A stretch of 64,000 bases of DNA. It comes from Octopus bimaculoides (Eukaryota). The notes beneath the pieces were generated by a model. That model was not told where the DNA came from. It saw only the letters and a list, made by a program, of their open reading frames with translations, and made no database searches. This document shows positions 21,841-37,100 of the stretch, in pieces; position 1 is the first letter of the stretch, and every line of letters starts with the position of its first letter. The position numbers and the translations under genes were made by a program. The stretch spans positions 2,455,017 to 2,519,016 of the forward strand of contig NC_068986.1 in the NCBI RefSeq assembly GCF_001194135.2, in the 5' to 3' direction.

Positions 21841-24800
21841 GTGAGTTGATCTAAAAAAAAAGAAAGCAATGTGGTTGAATACAAAAACCGGAATTGGTTG
21901 TTCCCTTGTTTTTACCTTTTTATTATTGAAACAGGATCGTATTATTTTTGATTTTTACCCACCAGATACGAAATATTGTTATGTAATCAACATGAAATTG
22001 CCACGACTTTTAATGTGGTAAACCAAAAATACTGGATGAATACGGGATCGAACCTGTCTTCAGATTCCAATATCAAGTTTTTATTTACTTATTTTAAGAT
22101 AGCTCTGATGTAATATTGATTTTATTATAAACATATCTGAAGTTTTTAATTTGATACTCTAACGTGGCACAAAAGTGTAATATTTACAATGTTTGTAAAA
22201 TTAATAAGTTCTTGTGTCGTAGAAAGAGCAGAATTCTTACCTTTTCAGGTCTTTCACTGATCACTAGATATTTGGGGGGGGGGGGGCTATACATACATAC
22301 ACACACCTATGTAATAATCCAATGTAAAAATCCTTCGAACCGACTTTTGTTTACTTTTTTTTTTTTGTCCATATGAGTATATAAACCACGCTAAATCCAT
22401 AACTATTTACCTACACCAAAGAAAAAAAATAACTGTCAACTGGGGTTGGACCTGTGTAAAGTGTCTTATATACTACACTATCAGGTCTGTTGACACTTGT
22501 TGATGTAAACTAAACATTGTCCAAAACGACTTAAATATACAGTGACTATTTCGGCAGTATTTTATTAGACTTGAATTTATTGTTCCTATTTTAAAACATT
22601 TCCTCGAAATTTTTGCCTGAGATAGGCCAAACCTAAAACTAACTTCCTATTAAGTTCATTCTATTATTGTTTATTAGTTGTCCGCTCAACCTATCCATTT
22701 TTAGTTAGATATTATTTATCAACTTTCGTCTTAACTAATTTAGTTTCAATTATTTTGTTATCCTAACTTCATTGTATAAACAAACGTTTTGTTTGTAGAC
22801 ATTGTTTCATTGGTTAAAGTAATTTATCTTCAAAACGTTTTGATTTTTTTTTTTTTTTTGTAATTCAATATTATTGCAATCCTAATTTGAATTAACGTTG
22901 TAAATCTGCCTGCAGGCCACTCATGCGTTGCATGCTTGACCTGTCAGAAATAGAAGATAAATTACTCTCCAAACACACTGACCTGTCTTTAAAAAAAAAA
23001 AAAAGGAAAGACACTTTAGATTACTGTAGCCCTAGAGAAGCCTATATATTTTCAATCACAGCTCTGACTTAGGGTTTGACTTAGGGTTAAACAACAAACT
23101 TAGGGTTAAACAACAACAATTCACTGGTCTTTCAGAGATACTTTTAGACAGCCTTTCGATTTATCTTCTCTCCCTACAGCAAGCTTTCCCTAACAGAGTT
23201 TGCTATAGAGTAGCTGCTTGAGATGCAGATCCAGCACACAAGTGGTACCCTCCTGCAGTCTGCCTGTAGCAATGCTAGCTTTAGAGATCCTGCTGTCGAC
23301 CTCTTCCTTAAGATTTGCTGCTCTTGAGAGTGGACCTGTCAACTATCTGTGGTAACCAGCGGTAGACAACTTTTCTCGCAGGACGCCTCAAAAGGTGCAA
23401 TCTCTTCTTGACACCACATACCTGCTGGAAAGGAAGATTCCTTCCCCCCCCCCCCTGTATACTGTAGCCTCTCACAGGTGCCGTATTGTGATCCCTGGTA
23501 AAAGTTGTTCTCTAGACCCAGGTTGATTTTGATCCAGTAAACCTATGATCAAAAGCATTTTATCATCATCATCGTTTAATGTCTGTCCTCCATGTTGGCA
23601 TGGGTTGGATGGTTTGACAGGAGCTGGTAAGCCAGAGGACTGCACCAAAACCCACTGTCTGTTTTGGCATGGTTTTTATGGATGAATGCCCTTCCTAATG
23701 CCAACCACTTTACAGTGACCATATCTGGCCTGTCACACCTCTCCTACTATGTCATTCTAAGAATGTACAATCACCTCATTGAAATCTTGAAGCTACAAGA
23801 TAATGTAGCATTAATTAAAAACCATGCAAATAAATAAGCAATCCATTTGACAATGAAATCTGAATTCTAAAGTTTTAAATCATATCCTGAAAATTCCCAA
23901 AAATTAAAATAATGAAGGGTCATATGGGGTGCTTCAGGTAGAATTCTGTCAAAATCTGTGCTTTTTAATCTCTTCTTGTTTACTAATTACTTATTAACTA
24001 TTAAACTGGATGCAGAAATTCTTAGTTTATTCTTAAAACTTTTTTTTTTCCTTTTTGTTTAGGGAAAAGATTGGATCTAACCAGTCAGAAAGTGCTTTGA
24101 TCTCTCAGTTAGAACAAGGCCTGTCCCTGGAATTTGAAAGAAGTGACTGTGCACATAGAATCCGTTTGGTGCTGAGTGAGATATTCTTCATAATTGGCCA
24201 GGTAAAAAAAAAAAATTAATAAGTGCATCATTTTCCTATGTAATTATTGTCTCATTAATCTGATTAATTGCAAGAAAGGATTCTTGTTTTTCCCTCTTGT
24301 TTCTTTCTGTTCTTCATTATTACCATTCCAAGTTATTATTCTCCCTCTATTGCAGTGTTACCTGTTGATAATCTTTTTAATGATGAGCCAATTATTTATT
24401 GCTAAATTTTATTGCAGATCAAAGAAAGTAAAGATTTCTATGTAAAAAGCTCAGAATTATTTGAATGTGAAATATACCTTGAAGATATTTCTGATGTCCT
24501 GTGTATTGCTCAAGCAGGTAATTTCTAAATTCTTCAGGTAAAACTATCCTGTACAAAACTATGTATTTCAACAGATTGGTGTAACAGAGTGTCCTCATCA
24601 TCAGTGTGTTTTTCTTATACTTTGCTAAATATATAGTGGAAGTGTATGTGAGAAAATGTGATTATATATGAAGGAGGAATAGAGATAACTTGAATGGTCT
24701 AAAAATAAAAGATAGTCTTGAAGATTGTTTCTAATCACTGGAATAGAGCTAATGTCTACTATGAAATACAGAATAGGAGAGTGTGTGTGTGTGTGAGAAT

Positions 24801-27800
24801 GTAGACAATAGAAATGGATAAAAAGGGAGGAAGATAAATCTCCATCTGATCTATTCCTTAGTTTTAAGAAGACTGATATTTGGTAAATGCTACTACTCAT
24901 CTAACCCATGCCAGCATATAAAATAGACATACAATAAAAAGGAGGAGGGGGCAGTGATGGTCAAAGCAATAGCAACAGCAGCAATGATGACAACAGTGAT
25001 GATGATGATGATGATGATTATCATCGTGTAATTTACTAATAAAGTTCTGGGCACAGTACTACTTCAGTTGAAAAAATACTGGAGCTCACTGTAGAGGGAT
25101 AAATAAATTGTCTACTTACATATGCTATAGCCACACCACAAATCACCTTCATTTGCTGCAGGTATCACCTCCATAAGAGTTAAGCAACTATCACACTCTG
25201 ACCACCTTTTCCACTTTTGCTGTGGCCACCATCAGAATCTACAGACATACGGAAATAGACTGGACAGTGAAGAGCGCAGCACATCCATACTGTCACACTG
25301 TAGTCTATACAGTTTTCAACTGCATTTTGAAGTTTGCAGATCTTTAACTAGAAAAAAAAACCCATATCTGTGTGCTGTGCCTAGTCATTTGGCATGGACA
25401 TAGAGGATTGCTTGATTAAAACTGATTTGGGACCACACCACAACAACAAGCATGTCAGATCTCTATGATAACAAATACATTCTGTGTTCATCACATATTG
25501 GAATTCTTTTCAGTCTCTATTTTGAGGAATAGAAGAATAAGCAATCTTTACATGAAGCAAATAGACTAACCATTCTGTTTACCTACTTAAATGACACACT
25601 TTTCTGATTCATTCTACTTTAATTATTTTTCTCTTCCAGAACTTCCATCTCTTCTACCTATCGTTTCCTTAGCTAATGCTCTCTTGAGTGTCAAAAATGG
25701 TTCGTGGCTTCTTTGCAGACTTGTAGCAAATTCTCCTGATTGCTTCCATGAAGGTTTGTCCCTTTTCATTGGTTATATCCCTTAACAAAACACTTAATTT
25801 TGTGCACCAGCTGTTTTTGTTTTATTTAATTTGGAAAAAACAAAAATGAATATCTTCACTGATTTTGATTACATATATACAGTAATACCTCACTTTATGA
25901 GGAACCGTTTTACAAGACGCAGGGTTTACAAATTTTATTTTTCAAGCAGAAGATTCAAATTTTGAATGAAGTGCAAAAGTTTCTACTACCATAATAAATG
26001 CTTCTGCATGTTACCAAGAAATTTATAGATAGCGAAAAAAAAGCTTCTTCTAAGCAAACAACTCTAGATTTGTCTTTTAAAAAGAAATGTACAAGTCCAT
26101 CTATGAGTGTTTGTGAGTCAGCCATTGCGTCTATAAGTGATGGTGTGTGCAAATCTAGTGTGAGTGAAAGTGATTCAGAAAACTATTATAATAATAATTT
26201 TTTTTATTATAAATGATCCTGACATTCCTTTTCCTTATATATATATAAAATTTATCTGTAAAATATATTTTAGAAATGTATTGGTTCTGAATTTAAGGTA
26301 CAGGACTATCAACCAAATGATAATAAGTTCAAGTTTACTACAAATATTGTGATCTGTCCTTGGGTTAGAAACATCAGGTCTCTTCAGTTTCACTCACAGA
26401 TGTTTAAATTATTGTTTTTTAACTAAACAGTTTGAAACTTTATGCTGGTGTAATTTCTCATGCTGAACACGGTTTACTAACATCTTTGACAAAATTTCAT
26501 ATTTTAGAAGTTATACATCTCCTTTTCAGTATGTAAACATCTGGTATCCCATGGTGATAAAGTCGATGAAGATTCAATTGCTGGCCAAAGGCGGATGACA
26601 ATGCTGCAGATGTTATGTTCTATGAATCCATCTGAAACATTAACTGTGCGGTCACTATGTGTGAGTATCGGTAGTTTGGTGCTTATTTTCCCTGTTCTTT
26701 ATTTCCCCTGATTATATAACAATGAACCTGTCAGTATCTAGTGATGACAAAGAACCTACAACATGTGTATAACTGGCACTCTGTTGGTTATGACAATGAG
26801 ATTTCCAGTTGATCCGATCAATGGATCAGCCTGCTCATGAAATGAATGTGCAAGTGGCTGAGCACTCCACAGACAAGTGTACTTTTAACAGAGTCCTCAG
26901 GGTAGTTGAACTCAGAATGTAATGACAGGCGAAATTTTGCCTGGCATGCCAATGATTCTGCTAGCTTCCCACCTTATGATGAGATATTTAATATTAGCCA
27001 CATAGGTTTTCTAAAAGATTACTAATATTGTTATGTTATATATATATGGATTGAACAAAATTGTGTCTAAATTGTAGTCATTCTTAATTAATGAAGCTGT
27101 GATGAGTCTGCAAACTAATGTTTAAATTGCTTATTTCTTTTCAGATGAAACAAATTAAAATGACAACTCTGATTTTATATATGTATTCTTGTGTTTTGCA
27201 TTTAGGTTCAACATTGTGCCATGCCTGGTTTGACAATTTCACTGTCTCTTTCAATGATCCGTGGTAAAAACCATCACAAGAATGGCCCAGCTTCTGATAT
27301 TGGAAACAATGACTTGCTCCCTTTCATCACTGGTTTACTGCTTGGCCCAGATCAAAATGTCCGCACTTGGTTCTCACAATATATTAAAAGTGGTCAAAAG
27401 GTCAGTAGAATTTATATAAAAACTGAAAGTCTGCTTGAAGTTAAACATATTTTCTAAACATACCTATTTCTACATGTTTTCAATTTAGTGTGCTTTATAC
27501 ATTTGAGTCAAGAAAGAACAATAAGTTATTATATAAAGTAGAACACTAAGCTCTAAATATTTCAATGTTGACTGACTTCGGGTGTTTAGTTGCAGCCTTT
27601 TACATTCTTAGCTCAAATCTTGCTGCAGCCAACTTTCCCTTTCATCCTTATGGGATTGATGAACTAAAGTAGCAGCCAAGTACTAAGTTGGTGCAATCAA
27701 TTGTAGCCTTCTCCACTAAATGTGAAGCCTTGTGACAATCTCAGAAAACGGCCAGTGCCATCTGTCTGACTTCTGTGCCAGTGGCATGTAAAAAACACCA

Positions 27801-30800
27801 TTCGAGCATGGTCGATGCCAGTGCTGCCTGACTGGCCCCTGTGCTGGTGGCACGTAAAAAGCACCCACTACATTCTCAGAGTAGCTGGCATTAGGAAAGA
27901 AGGGCATCCAGCTTGATTGAAAATGTGCCTCTTTAGATATTCTATTTAAACATCTGTATATTTTGTATATATCTCTTTTATTCATGTCTTTATCTGCATT
28001 GACATTTCTGTTATATTTTGTATCGATTTAGAAAAAGAAAGGCAAGATGGTGTTGTTAATCTCTCTCAGGGAAACCCTACTTGAGTTGCTACAAGAGATC
28101 CTACCAAAACCTCATGAAGCAATTGCTAATAACCAAGTAATTAAAGCCAGTTCGTTCATCAGACTTTATTGTGCTCTGAAAGGAATGGCTGCCTTCAAGT
28201 AAGTACTTGTTTTACTGTATTTTTGTTTTTTATTTTTATGTGTGTAAGGCAGCAAGCTGGCAAAATCGTTAGCATATCATCATCATCATCATCATCATCA
28301 TTGTTTAATGTCCGCTTTCCATGCTAGCATGGGTTGAACAGTTTGAGCACTGGCAAGCCAGAAGGCTGCGCCAGGCTCCAATCTAATCTGGCAAGGTTTC
28401 TACAGCTGGATGCCCTTCCTAACGCCAACCACTCCGAAAGTATAGTGGGTGCTTTTTACGTGCCACCGGTACGAGGGCCAGTCAGGCAGTACTGGCATCG
28501 ACCACACTTGAATGGTGCTTTTTACGTGCCACCAGCACAGGAGCCAGTCAAGTGGCACTGGCAACAACCATACTCGAATGGTGCTTTTTATGTGCCACTG
28601 GCATGGGACTAACAGATGCTTAGCAGCTCTTCATCCATCTTTATGTTCTGGGTTCAAATTCTGCCATGCGTATTTTTGCTTTTCAAGTTCCCTTTGAGGA
28701 CTGGGGTCAACGTAATCATCATAATCCCTTTGGCCTTACACCAAAATTTAAAACTATTATTCTTAGGTGATGAGCTAGCATGTTGGACAGAATGCCCAGT
28801 GGTATTTTGACCATTGCTACATTCTGGGTTCAAATTCTGCTGAGGTCAACTTTGCCTTTCATCCTTTCAGAGTCGATGAATTAAGTACCAGTGAAACACT
28901 GGGGTCAATGTGATTGACTAGTCCCTTCCCCACAAATTTCAGGTCCTTGTGCCTTTAGTAGAAAGGATTATTATTTCCTTTATTACTGTTACTACTACTC
29001 CTACTCCTACTACTACTTAATGTAACAACCTCTCTTGGTTTTCGACAGGTTCACCGATCAAGAGATGAAGCTGATTCTCGATCTCATAACATCACAACCT
29101 CCGCTGACAGCTGCCGGCGCTCGATTTGTCTCCCTTGGACTCTGCTTCCTGATTTCATCTCCGTATTTTATGACGTAAGTTTATTCAATTAATGTTGAGC
29201 ATCTTTTTTTTTTACATTTTTCATAAAACATTGCATGGATGTGTTGTTGAACAGTTAGCTTCACAATTACCTGGTTCCTGGTTCGATCCCAATATGACGT
29301 ACCTCACTCAAATATCATCCACCATTTTCTTTAAGTTGTAACCAAGATGTTTTTCATCGAACCAGGTCAGGAATCTTTATCCCATCAAGTTCATGCTGTA
29401 TGTCTCTGCCAATAATATTAATGTACGCTATTAAGTGGTTTTTATCCTCTGTTCGGCTGCAGAAGTTTCCAAAATATAGCATCTGATATGGCCTGGTGTT
29501 CAACATGATAGAATTGGTCAGCAAAGCCTACCCTGCATTAGTAGAGATGGCTGACAATATAATAGCCAAGAGGGCTGGCAGATTGGTGCTTGTAATCTTC
29601 TGTATTCAAGTATGAGACATTTTGGCACAGCTGCTTTGGTACCATCTATTTGGTGTTGCTGATCCAACACTGACCTAATTGACACCAAATATTTCAATGT
29701 TTCTCTTGTTCTCTCTCTCTTTATATTTCTGTGTGTATATGCCTGGGTGTGTGTGTGTGTGTGTCTGCCTCTAGTGCCAAAATGTAATGTTGCCAAAACA
29801 TGCTGAGTACCCAGTCTGCCAAGCCAAATCAGTTAGCATCTAAACAGCTGCACCCAGTTGCTTCATTCTGATTAAAATCACTGTCGTTAATTCAAGAAAT
29901 TTATGTTTTCAATTTTTGTGGCTTCTCTCATTTCAGAACATCTGAACAAGAAGGACAAGTAACCGAGTGGGTTCGTTGGTTGATGAAGTTTGGTGATTCC
30001 TTTGAGAAGTGAGTAAAATAGATCAGTTCCACTGTGTGCCACTGGAACTTGTTGAAACCTTTCTTCTTTACTTAATCTTCATGTAAACAACAGCAACGGA
30101 AAAAAAAATAATTAAGTCTGTATTAATATATTTAATGTACTGAGTATCTGAAATCTAATTAGAAATTATTAATAACTATCTGATAAGGAAAAGACAACAT
30201 TTACTCAATAACTAGTATTATTTTAATAATTTCAGCAGATATGGGAGACAAGTCTGGACATGTTTTGGTCTTATTAAACCTCTCCAGCAAAGCACAAGGT
30301 TCACCATACTTACTGAACTATTGGATCTTTCATTGGTTTCAATGATTAGTATTCAGTTGTTCAATCAACTGGTGTCCAATTCATTAGATTAATGTGTAAG
30401 TGGCTGAGTATTTTTCAGTATTCCGCCTTTAAATTAATTCCCAAACCAATTTACAATATGTGATGGGGCTGGACCTGTCAATGTATATGTACACTCCATC
30501 TGGTGGTCATCCACAGAGTTTCTGTGTATGAAATGTTGCTTAAGAAGGCTTAGATCAAACTGAGGCTATGTTAAAGACACTTGTCGAAAATGTCACACAA
30601 TGGGATTGAACCCACAACACAGAATCATGAAATGAACTTCTTAACCACTCAACTTTCCCTGCTTCCACTCTTGTTGAAATAATGACTAGAAAATCACTAA
30701 ATAAATGTACAATACTGTACATTTGTAGACATAGAAAAGTTTAAAATATTCAGAGAATAAATTTCTTTCAAATGTTATCTATTTGAAGAAAAACAATAGT

Positions 30801-31162
30801 TCGGTTAATGTAGCCTTGTTGATGTTGGAGATATCAAATGGCTTAAGTAGACAGGTCCTTTGTCTTTTTAATGATTTCTTTCTGAAGTGGGTTACACTTT
30901 GTCAAATTGTTGTTTGATTCAGTTGACTTATGGAACACAAAAGTGTTCCATATGTGACTATTCCATCTTTTTCATCATCATCGTCATTGTTTTAATGTCC
31001 TCTTTTCTATGCTTGTTTTATTTTTTATTTCTCAGAGAAACTGGTGGTACATCTTTTGAGGAGCTCCTGTTTTTGATAGCTATCCATTTCCATAGTAACC
31101 AGACATATGCTATTGCAGATCTTGTATCTGCTACATTAGGCATGAAGGTAATGTGGACAATC

Positions 31163-31195
<33 letters not shown>

Positions 31196-34100
31196 ACACA
31201 GTTCTGCATAGGCTGGAGGTTGGCAGAAACCCACAAGTCCACCACGTTATGTGCTGGTACTTAGTATATCTGGTTGATTCATTGTGTGATCTGGCTACAA
31301 TCATCACCTTTTTTTTGTTTTGTTTTTTTTTTGTTTTTTTTTTGAGCATGCTAGTCTAACATTTAGGATATGAAGCAAAGTGCCATCATTTGCCACTAAT
31401 GAAAGGATAATTTTTGAAACATCCACCTAGTCCTTGTTTTCATCATCATCACCATTCTGCTATCACCAACACCATTTTTTATGTGTTAATGTTTATTATT
31501 ATATTCTATGTCCATATTGTAAAGTAATGTATATTCTTCTTTCTAATTTTAGAGTCCAGTAAAATCAAATACTCTGACAAAGCTACGTTATATTTTTACT
31601 CAGGAAATTTTTACTGAACAAGTAAGAGAATTTTCTGTCAGATTTTTAAAAGACTAATGATTTCTCTAATTTATGAAATACCCTATATTTAATCCAAGAT
31701 GGTGTAGTTAATGTAACCTTCAGATGATAATGCCTATGGTATAGAAAATAAACAAATGTTTATACATCTTGTTCCCATCACACAAGTGTCTTCATACTAA
31801 CCAACTTAAAACTACTTCCGAATCTTTTATATGAAACCACCTGCTGTAACCCTTTAGCATTCAGATATTCCTCTGTCAAATGAAATGCTTATTTATTCAC
31901 ATTGTTTTGAATTAATCATGCATTATCTTGTAGCTTCAAGATTTTGATGATGTAATTGATATTTTTAGCATGACAGTGTAATGTGAGAGGCTATAGATCT
32001 CGCTGGTATGAACACAAAAACAAGTAAAATATTTTGACCAGATGTGGATGGTTTAAATCTTAAAGGGTTAAAGAACATATTTAAATCAAAAATTTGCATA
32101 ATAATTTTACTCAAGGTACTTTTATCAAATTATGTTCTGAACACCAGTTTATTAATAATGAAGTTAATTATTTCACTAGATACTACTGAATTCTTGAGTT
32201 TTTTCAAAATTAATGCAGACAGGTAGACAGTGTATTTCATTAGAAATATGATCAAAAAAGGATTAAACTATAATAGAATAGAACTGAAGTGGTGATTAAA
32301 TATATCTCTGTGTTGTTGTTGTTATGTAGCATTGTAATACTATGTAACATAAGATATATTTACTAATTGCAGTTGTATATCGTGTTTTATATAACATATG
32401 CATTAGTAATTACCACTATGTACTGTGATGCTTCTCACATATGTCAGTGTTATTGTGTTGTGATGCGTAACATTATTATGCAGTAGTTTATTTTTTAAAT
32501 AATTATTGCTATGTATTGTATGTAGCATTATAACATAATGTTTGGATTTAGTAATCACCGTTACATATTGTGTTGTAGCAACCCACTCTCACTTTCTTTC
32601 TTTGCTTCTTTCAGGTCATTACAATGCATGCTGTCAAGGTACCAGTCACTCCACAATTGAATGCCAATATGACTGGTTATTTACCTGTTCATAGTATTTA
32701 CCAGTTACTCAAGTCTTATTCTTTTGCCAAACATAAAGTACCTATAAAAGTAAGTTCTTTGCAAAACCATCTCACATTGATCTCTTGCTCTAATATTGTT
32801 TTGCTCCGAACTTCCTCGGACATTGGCTTCCTTCTCTCCTTACACTCCTTTAAGCTACAAGATCTGGCAATGTTCCCACCTCGTATGGTGCCAGACAGTA
32901 GGATTAAAGTCCTATAAATTGAATATAGTCAACAAGATTAATCACCCAAGTATGTATTTGATTAAGAAAATCAATCTAAATCAATTGGTTTTATTTTTCT
33001 CTTACTTGGGACAATAAAAATATATTTGTTGTTGTAATAAGGAAGAACAAGATTTTTAAATATTTTTTTTTTAATAGAAAGATTCAAATAAAAAAGGGTT
33101 AATATGTTGTTTGAAATCCTTGTAGAAATATGTATGGAAATAGTTTCAAAGTAATGACATTCTAAGGCAGAAGATCTAGGTTGTTCTTGGAGAAATATGG
33201 AAGGCTTTGATTGAAATGGAACGACTACAGAGAATTTAGTAACAATGTGTTTGGAATGGGGAATAAAAAAAGTAGCAACATTTCATTGCTTGATGAAATG
33301 TTGAGGATTATCTACTTTACTCTTTTACTTGTTTCAGTCATTTGACTGTGGCCATGCTGGAGCACCGCCTTTAGTCGAACAAATCGACCCCATGGAAAAT
33401 CTGCTAATAAATGAGATGACTTCTTTATTTTCTCTTGAATAATTATTTGATTTACTGTAATCTTTCTTATTTCAGGACTGGATATACAAGCAGATGCTCA
33501 ATAGTTCAGTACCTTTACACACCAAATTGCCACTGCTTATTGAGGTTTATGTGAATTCAATTCTTGTGAAGGGCAACAAGTCAGATTTCCAGAATGAACC
33601 TATTGGCGAACAGGAAGTGTTGGATGTCTTTAAAGAGTCCGTGTTTACTGTCCGCTCAAACTGCATGAGAGAAACTTCTAACCCTAATCAAAAGACAAGT
33701 GAGGAGCAACCTTGCCTCACGCCGCAACTTCTAATGTTATATTATATGCTACTGTATGAAGATTCTTTGCTCAATAACATGAGGTCAATTGGTAAGTTGT
33801 TACTTTAGTGATGATGTCAAATCGAAAAACAAATTTTGATTTTAAATCTGTTGTGTAAGCTCTCAGCAAACTGAGTATGAGATGTAGGTTTGATACCTGG
33901 TTGAAGCATCACGTTTATTTTATACTGTCTTTGCACCTGTGATTTCTGGTGTGGTCAATCACTTAGTGATGAGGGAAGAACAATACTCAAGATACTTTGC
34001 AAGACCTGCTAGATTAATGGGAGGCATAGAGGAAAGGATCCTCAAGCTGAAGACCTGGACCAAATTTTTGTGATGGAGTGGACCCTGCTAAAGATACCCA

Positions 34101-37100
34101 AGAAGTGGTGCCAAACCTGATGACAGGTCAATTCTACTACCTAATAGGCCATGGCAGGTTTTGAACTCAGAACACAAAGAACCAAAACAGTTACTGCAAA
34201 ACATCTCACCCAACTCTCTAACAATTCAGCCAGTCCTCTGCCTTCAACTGATACTTCAGTTATGGGACCCTGGAAGGATGAAAAACAAGGTTGAACTAAG
34301 AACACCTCTCTCTCTCTCTCTCCCTGGCATTTTGTCTGGTACTCTAATGACTCTGCCAATAATTTGCTGCCTGGCATATTCTATGAAGATGAAGTTCTTC
34401 ATTAATGATTCAATAACTAATGAACCACGATGGGATGTTGTTCATATTTCAAGTTATTGTTTGTGTTGAGTAGTTCTATTACATGGATGTAGGGCTAACT
34501 CATGGTTAGTTTTGACCCACAAGGGCCCTACAAATTGCAGTGTCAACTTCTTACCTAAAATTCTCTGTGTGATGCCATTCATCTTCTGTCAATCCCTTAC
34601 TGGATAAAAGTCTTGTCATGCCATACCTGTGTTGGTTGTAGGCTTATCTGTACATGCCAGCCAATTATGGGTTGGATAGGGTGCTCCTGTAGTTATATGA
34701 TTACTTCTTGCCATTGTAACCCTAGGCATGATCTGAACTCAGAATTCAAAGACCTGGAACAGATTCTGCCAAAATATCTTTTCTAATATTTCTAGCAATT
34801 CTATCAATCCACTGACCTGGCCGGGTATTTTAGTCATCTATACTGAAAGAAAGGCAAAGTTGATCTAGGCAGGACTCGAACCCAGAGTGTAGAAATCCAA
34901 AACAACATTCTATTTGATGCTCTAATGACTCTGCCAATTTGTCATGTACAGCTATTATTCTTAAATGTGTTGATAATGAAATATATTGAATGAAATTCTC
35001 CAAGTAACAGTCCCTATCTGTATTATTTGTTTATTCTTCATTCTCTACAATCATCAATTTCAGTGAGCTGCAACCGTAAAATTAAGGTTTATCCCGAATA
35101 TGTGATGGAAGAAATTCCCATAAATTTTCTAATTCAAGAGGCTCAGAAAAACCAACACTTTTATGCTGGTCTATTTTCTCCTCTTTTAAGGTTAGTAACA
35201 CAGCTTTGCTTACATTAAAACAAATGTTTGTTAGTATTTACCCACATCTTTAAAAAAAATGTAGCAAATATAGGCTTGGTCCAAGGTGAAGAAGTTTGCT
35301 TTGGAACCCTGTGGTTCTGGGTTAATTCCCACTGTGGTCGGTGCCATCTACTATAACTTGGGCCAACTAATATTTGGGGAGTAATTTTGGAGATGGAAAC
35401 TGGAAGAAACTTGTCATATATATTTTCATATACATCACCATCATCATCATCGTTTAACGTCCGCTTTCCATGCTAGCATGAGTTGGACGATTTGACTGAA
35501 GACTGGTGAACCAGAGTTTCTACAGCTGGATGCCCTTCCTAATGCCAACCACTCCAAGAGTGTAGTGGGTGCTTTTATGTACATAAATAAATTTGTGTGT
35601 TCTTGTTTCAACATGTATGCACTGACTATAATGAAGATCATCATTCATACAAAACATAGTTTTATGTTTACAGTTTTTCCATGCAAAGCATATTCAGCTT
35701 GATAGACCTAGGAAAATATTACCATACTTGGAAACAGATGAGAGTTGGTGACAGGAAGAGCATCCAGCCATAGAAAGATTTAATTCAACATTGTTCCCTC
35801 TGACTCATACATGGAAAACCAACGGAAGTGTTGATGTGGATGTATGCAATTTACAGAAATGACTCCGGCATAACTGAATGATTACTTCACTATGATGAGG
35901 TTAACTTTGCAGACATGAGCTCCTGAGGTTGAACCCACTCTGTGACATCTTGGGCAAATGACTTTTACCATTATCACCACAATGATATCATTTATATCAT
36001 CATCATCATCAACATCATTATTTAACATCTGTCTGCAATGCTGGCATGGGTTGGATGGTTTGACAGATGCTGGCAAGCTAGAAGGTTGCACCAGGTTCAA
36101 AGGATCTATTTTGGCACAGTCTCTATGGCTGGATGCCCTTCCTAACACCAGCCACTTTATGGATGCTTTTTACACTCTGTAAAATGGTTGGCATTAGACA
36201 TGTTGAAAAAATATAAAGAAATAAGAATCATCTCTTCAGTCCTTTTAAAACATATTTCCCTCTCTTTTGCAGGTTACTAGCAACACATTATCCACATTTG
36301 TGTCTCGTGGAGGATTGGTTGGGAGAGTCTGTGGCTCCAGTAGGACTTTTGCCCTCTTTAGGAGCTTCCTCTAAGAACGTATGCACCCCTGATGCTTTTC
36401 AGAAAGGTAAATATATTTTTTCCTGAGATGCAGTTGTTTTTTTAAATAATTTCATCTCAGATTGTGTCTTGGGACTTCATCATGGTTAAGACATAGTTAT
36501 CATTAACCCTTTAGTGTTTCAAGAGTCAATGAATGAAATAGAAATCCTTAACCCTTTAGCATTTAAACCAGTCGTGTTCTACTTGCTTTATGTTTAAACT
36601 GGTCAGATCTGTCCTCTCACACCTATCCTAGAATGTCATTCTAAAAATAAATAATCCCCTCATTGAACTCCCAAAGCTACAAAGATAATACATGATTACT
36701 TCAAAACAATGGGAATAAATACACATTGAATATGACAGAATAACTAGAATGTGAAAGAGTTAAATGTTGTTGTATCCAGTCGTAAACATGCACAAGAAAG
36801 GTATTGGTTCCTTTCAGTCAACAAAATTCCAAATTCAATGCAGTTATCGAGATTCACAAACTAATCTGTGGAATGAAAATAAATTTAGAGCAAAACAAAA
36901 ATTGCATAACCTGATTAGCATAGAGTTAATTGACTCCAGTTGTTCTGCGTGGTATATTTGAGAGTTATATTTGTGTGCAGGTTTAGTGATAGTGGATATG
37001 TCGGACAGGAAGGAACTATCAAGTCGTAACTAAGAATAAATAAACATATCTTCTGGATACAATGGTGATTGTAAGTGTATGTAAACAAGTTGTCGTTTAG

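Noticed and set aside
21960-22030. tRNA-like T-arm (GGTTCGATCCC on minus) and similar heads at about 29275 and 38730
   Set aside because: No complete cloverleaf; these are SINE heads, not tRNA genes.
27099-27172. Box C/D snoRNA-like spacing (GTGATGA...CTGA) in INTS2 intron 5
   Set aside because: No convincing terminal stem or C'/D' boxes, and no recognisable rRNA/snRNA antisense element; such boxes are common by chance. A similar weak case at 33808-33873 was also dropped.
28449-28610. Regularly spaced repeats superficially like a CRISPR array
   Set aside because: The units are whole 66-bp tandem copies without unique spacers, inside a eukaryotic SINE; no cas genes.
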